Assembly: GCA_964016885.1 (NCBI GenBank)
Contig: OZ024745.1
Coordinates: forward strand, 11,656,001-11,720,000
Reading direction: 5' to 3'
DNA from: Eledone cirrhosa
Lineage: Eukaryota
Length of the DNA stretch: 64,000 bases
The translations under genes were made by a program, and so were the position numbers. The notes beneath the pieces were generated by a model that worked only from the letters and a program-made list of their open reading frames with translations, did no database searches and was not told the origin of the DNA. Shown in pieces: positions 63,801 through 64,000 of the stretch (the stretch's first letter is position 1; every line of letters starts with the position of its first letter).

Positions 63801-64000
63801 AGTCAACACTAAACCTACCAAACTTACAGTCGTTACTATCACTACAACAGTCAACACTAAACCTACCAAACTTACTGTCGTTACCATCACTACTACAGTC
63901 AACACTAAACCTACCAAACTTACAGTCGTTACCATCACTACAACAGTCAACACTAAACCTACCAAACTTACAGTCGTTACTATCACTACAACAGTCAACA
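36834..64000. repeat. 48-bp satellite array, about 565 copies in the window, continuing beyond the end, with higher-order block duplications
   Basis: Unit accaaacttacagtcgttaccatcactac(t/a)acagtcaacactaaacct, head-to-tail in a single orientation. Confidence 0.99.

Noticed and set aside
36834-64000. Mucin-like Thr-rich or Cys/Asp-rich repeat proteins
   Set aside because: The 48-bp unit is open in four frames on both strands with frequent frameshifting indels, and there is no evidence of coding constraint.
36834-64000. Telomeric repeat
   Set aside because: There is no TTAGGG-type short unit, and the G-rich strand runs toward the window interior rather than toward the right end.

Overview
AT-rich, repeat-saturated eukaryotic genomic DNA. 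The tRNA-derived SINE family and (TA)n/(CA)n/(GA)n load resemble octopus/cephalopod genomes; this is recognised from memory, not searched. No intact host gene is supportable. Two tandem arrays take up about 35 kb: a 42-bp unit at 4395-12482 and a 48-bp unit from 36834 past the window end, with higher-order duplications. They produce most of the long ORFs, which are spurious. Between them lie a disrupted 5'-truncated L1/Tx1-type LINE (APE-RT-CCHC), three RTE-type LINE fragments, two copies of a non-autonomous Helitron, several SINEs and a TGT..ACA TIR element. The most interesting signal is not in the ORF track: about 17 type I hammerhead-ribozyme motifs (stem I-CTGANGA-stem II-GAAA-stem III-TH-stem I') from several unrelated sequence families. 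They sit in short, often fold-back, non-coding elements inserted in (TA)n tracts. This architecture fits Penelope-like element pLTR remnants or retrozyme-like non-autonomous elements. Folding was done by eye and catalytic activity is not demonstrated.
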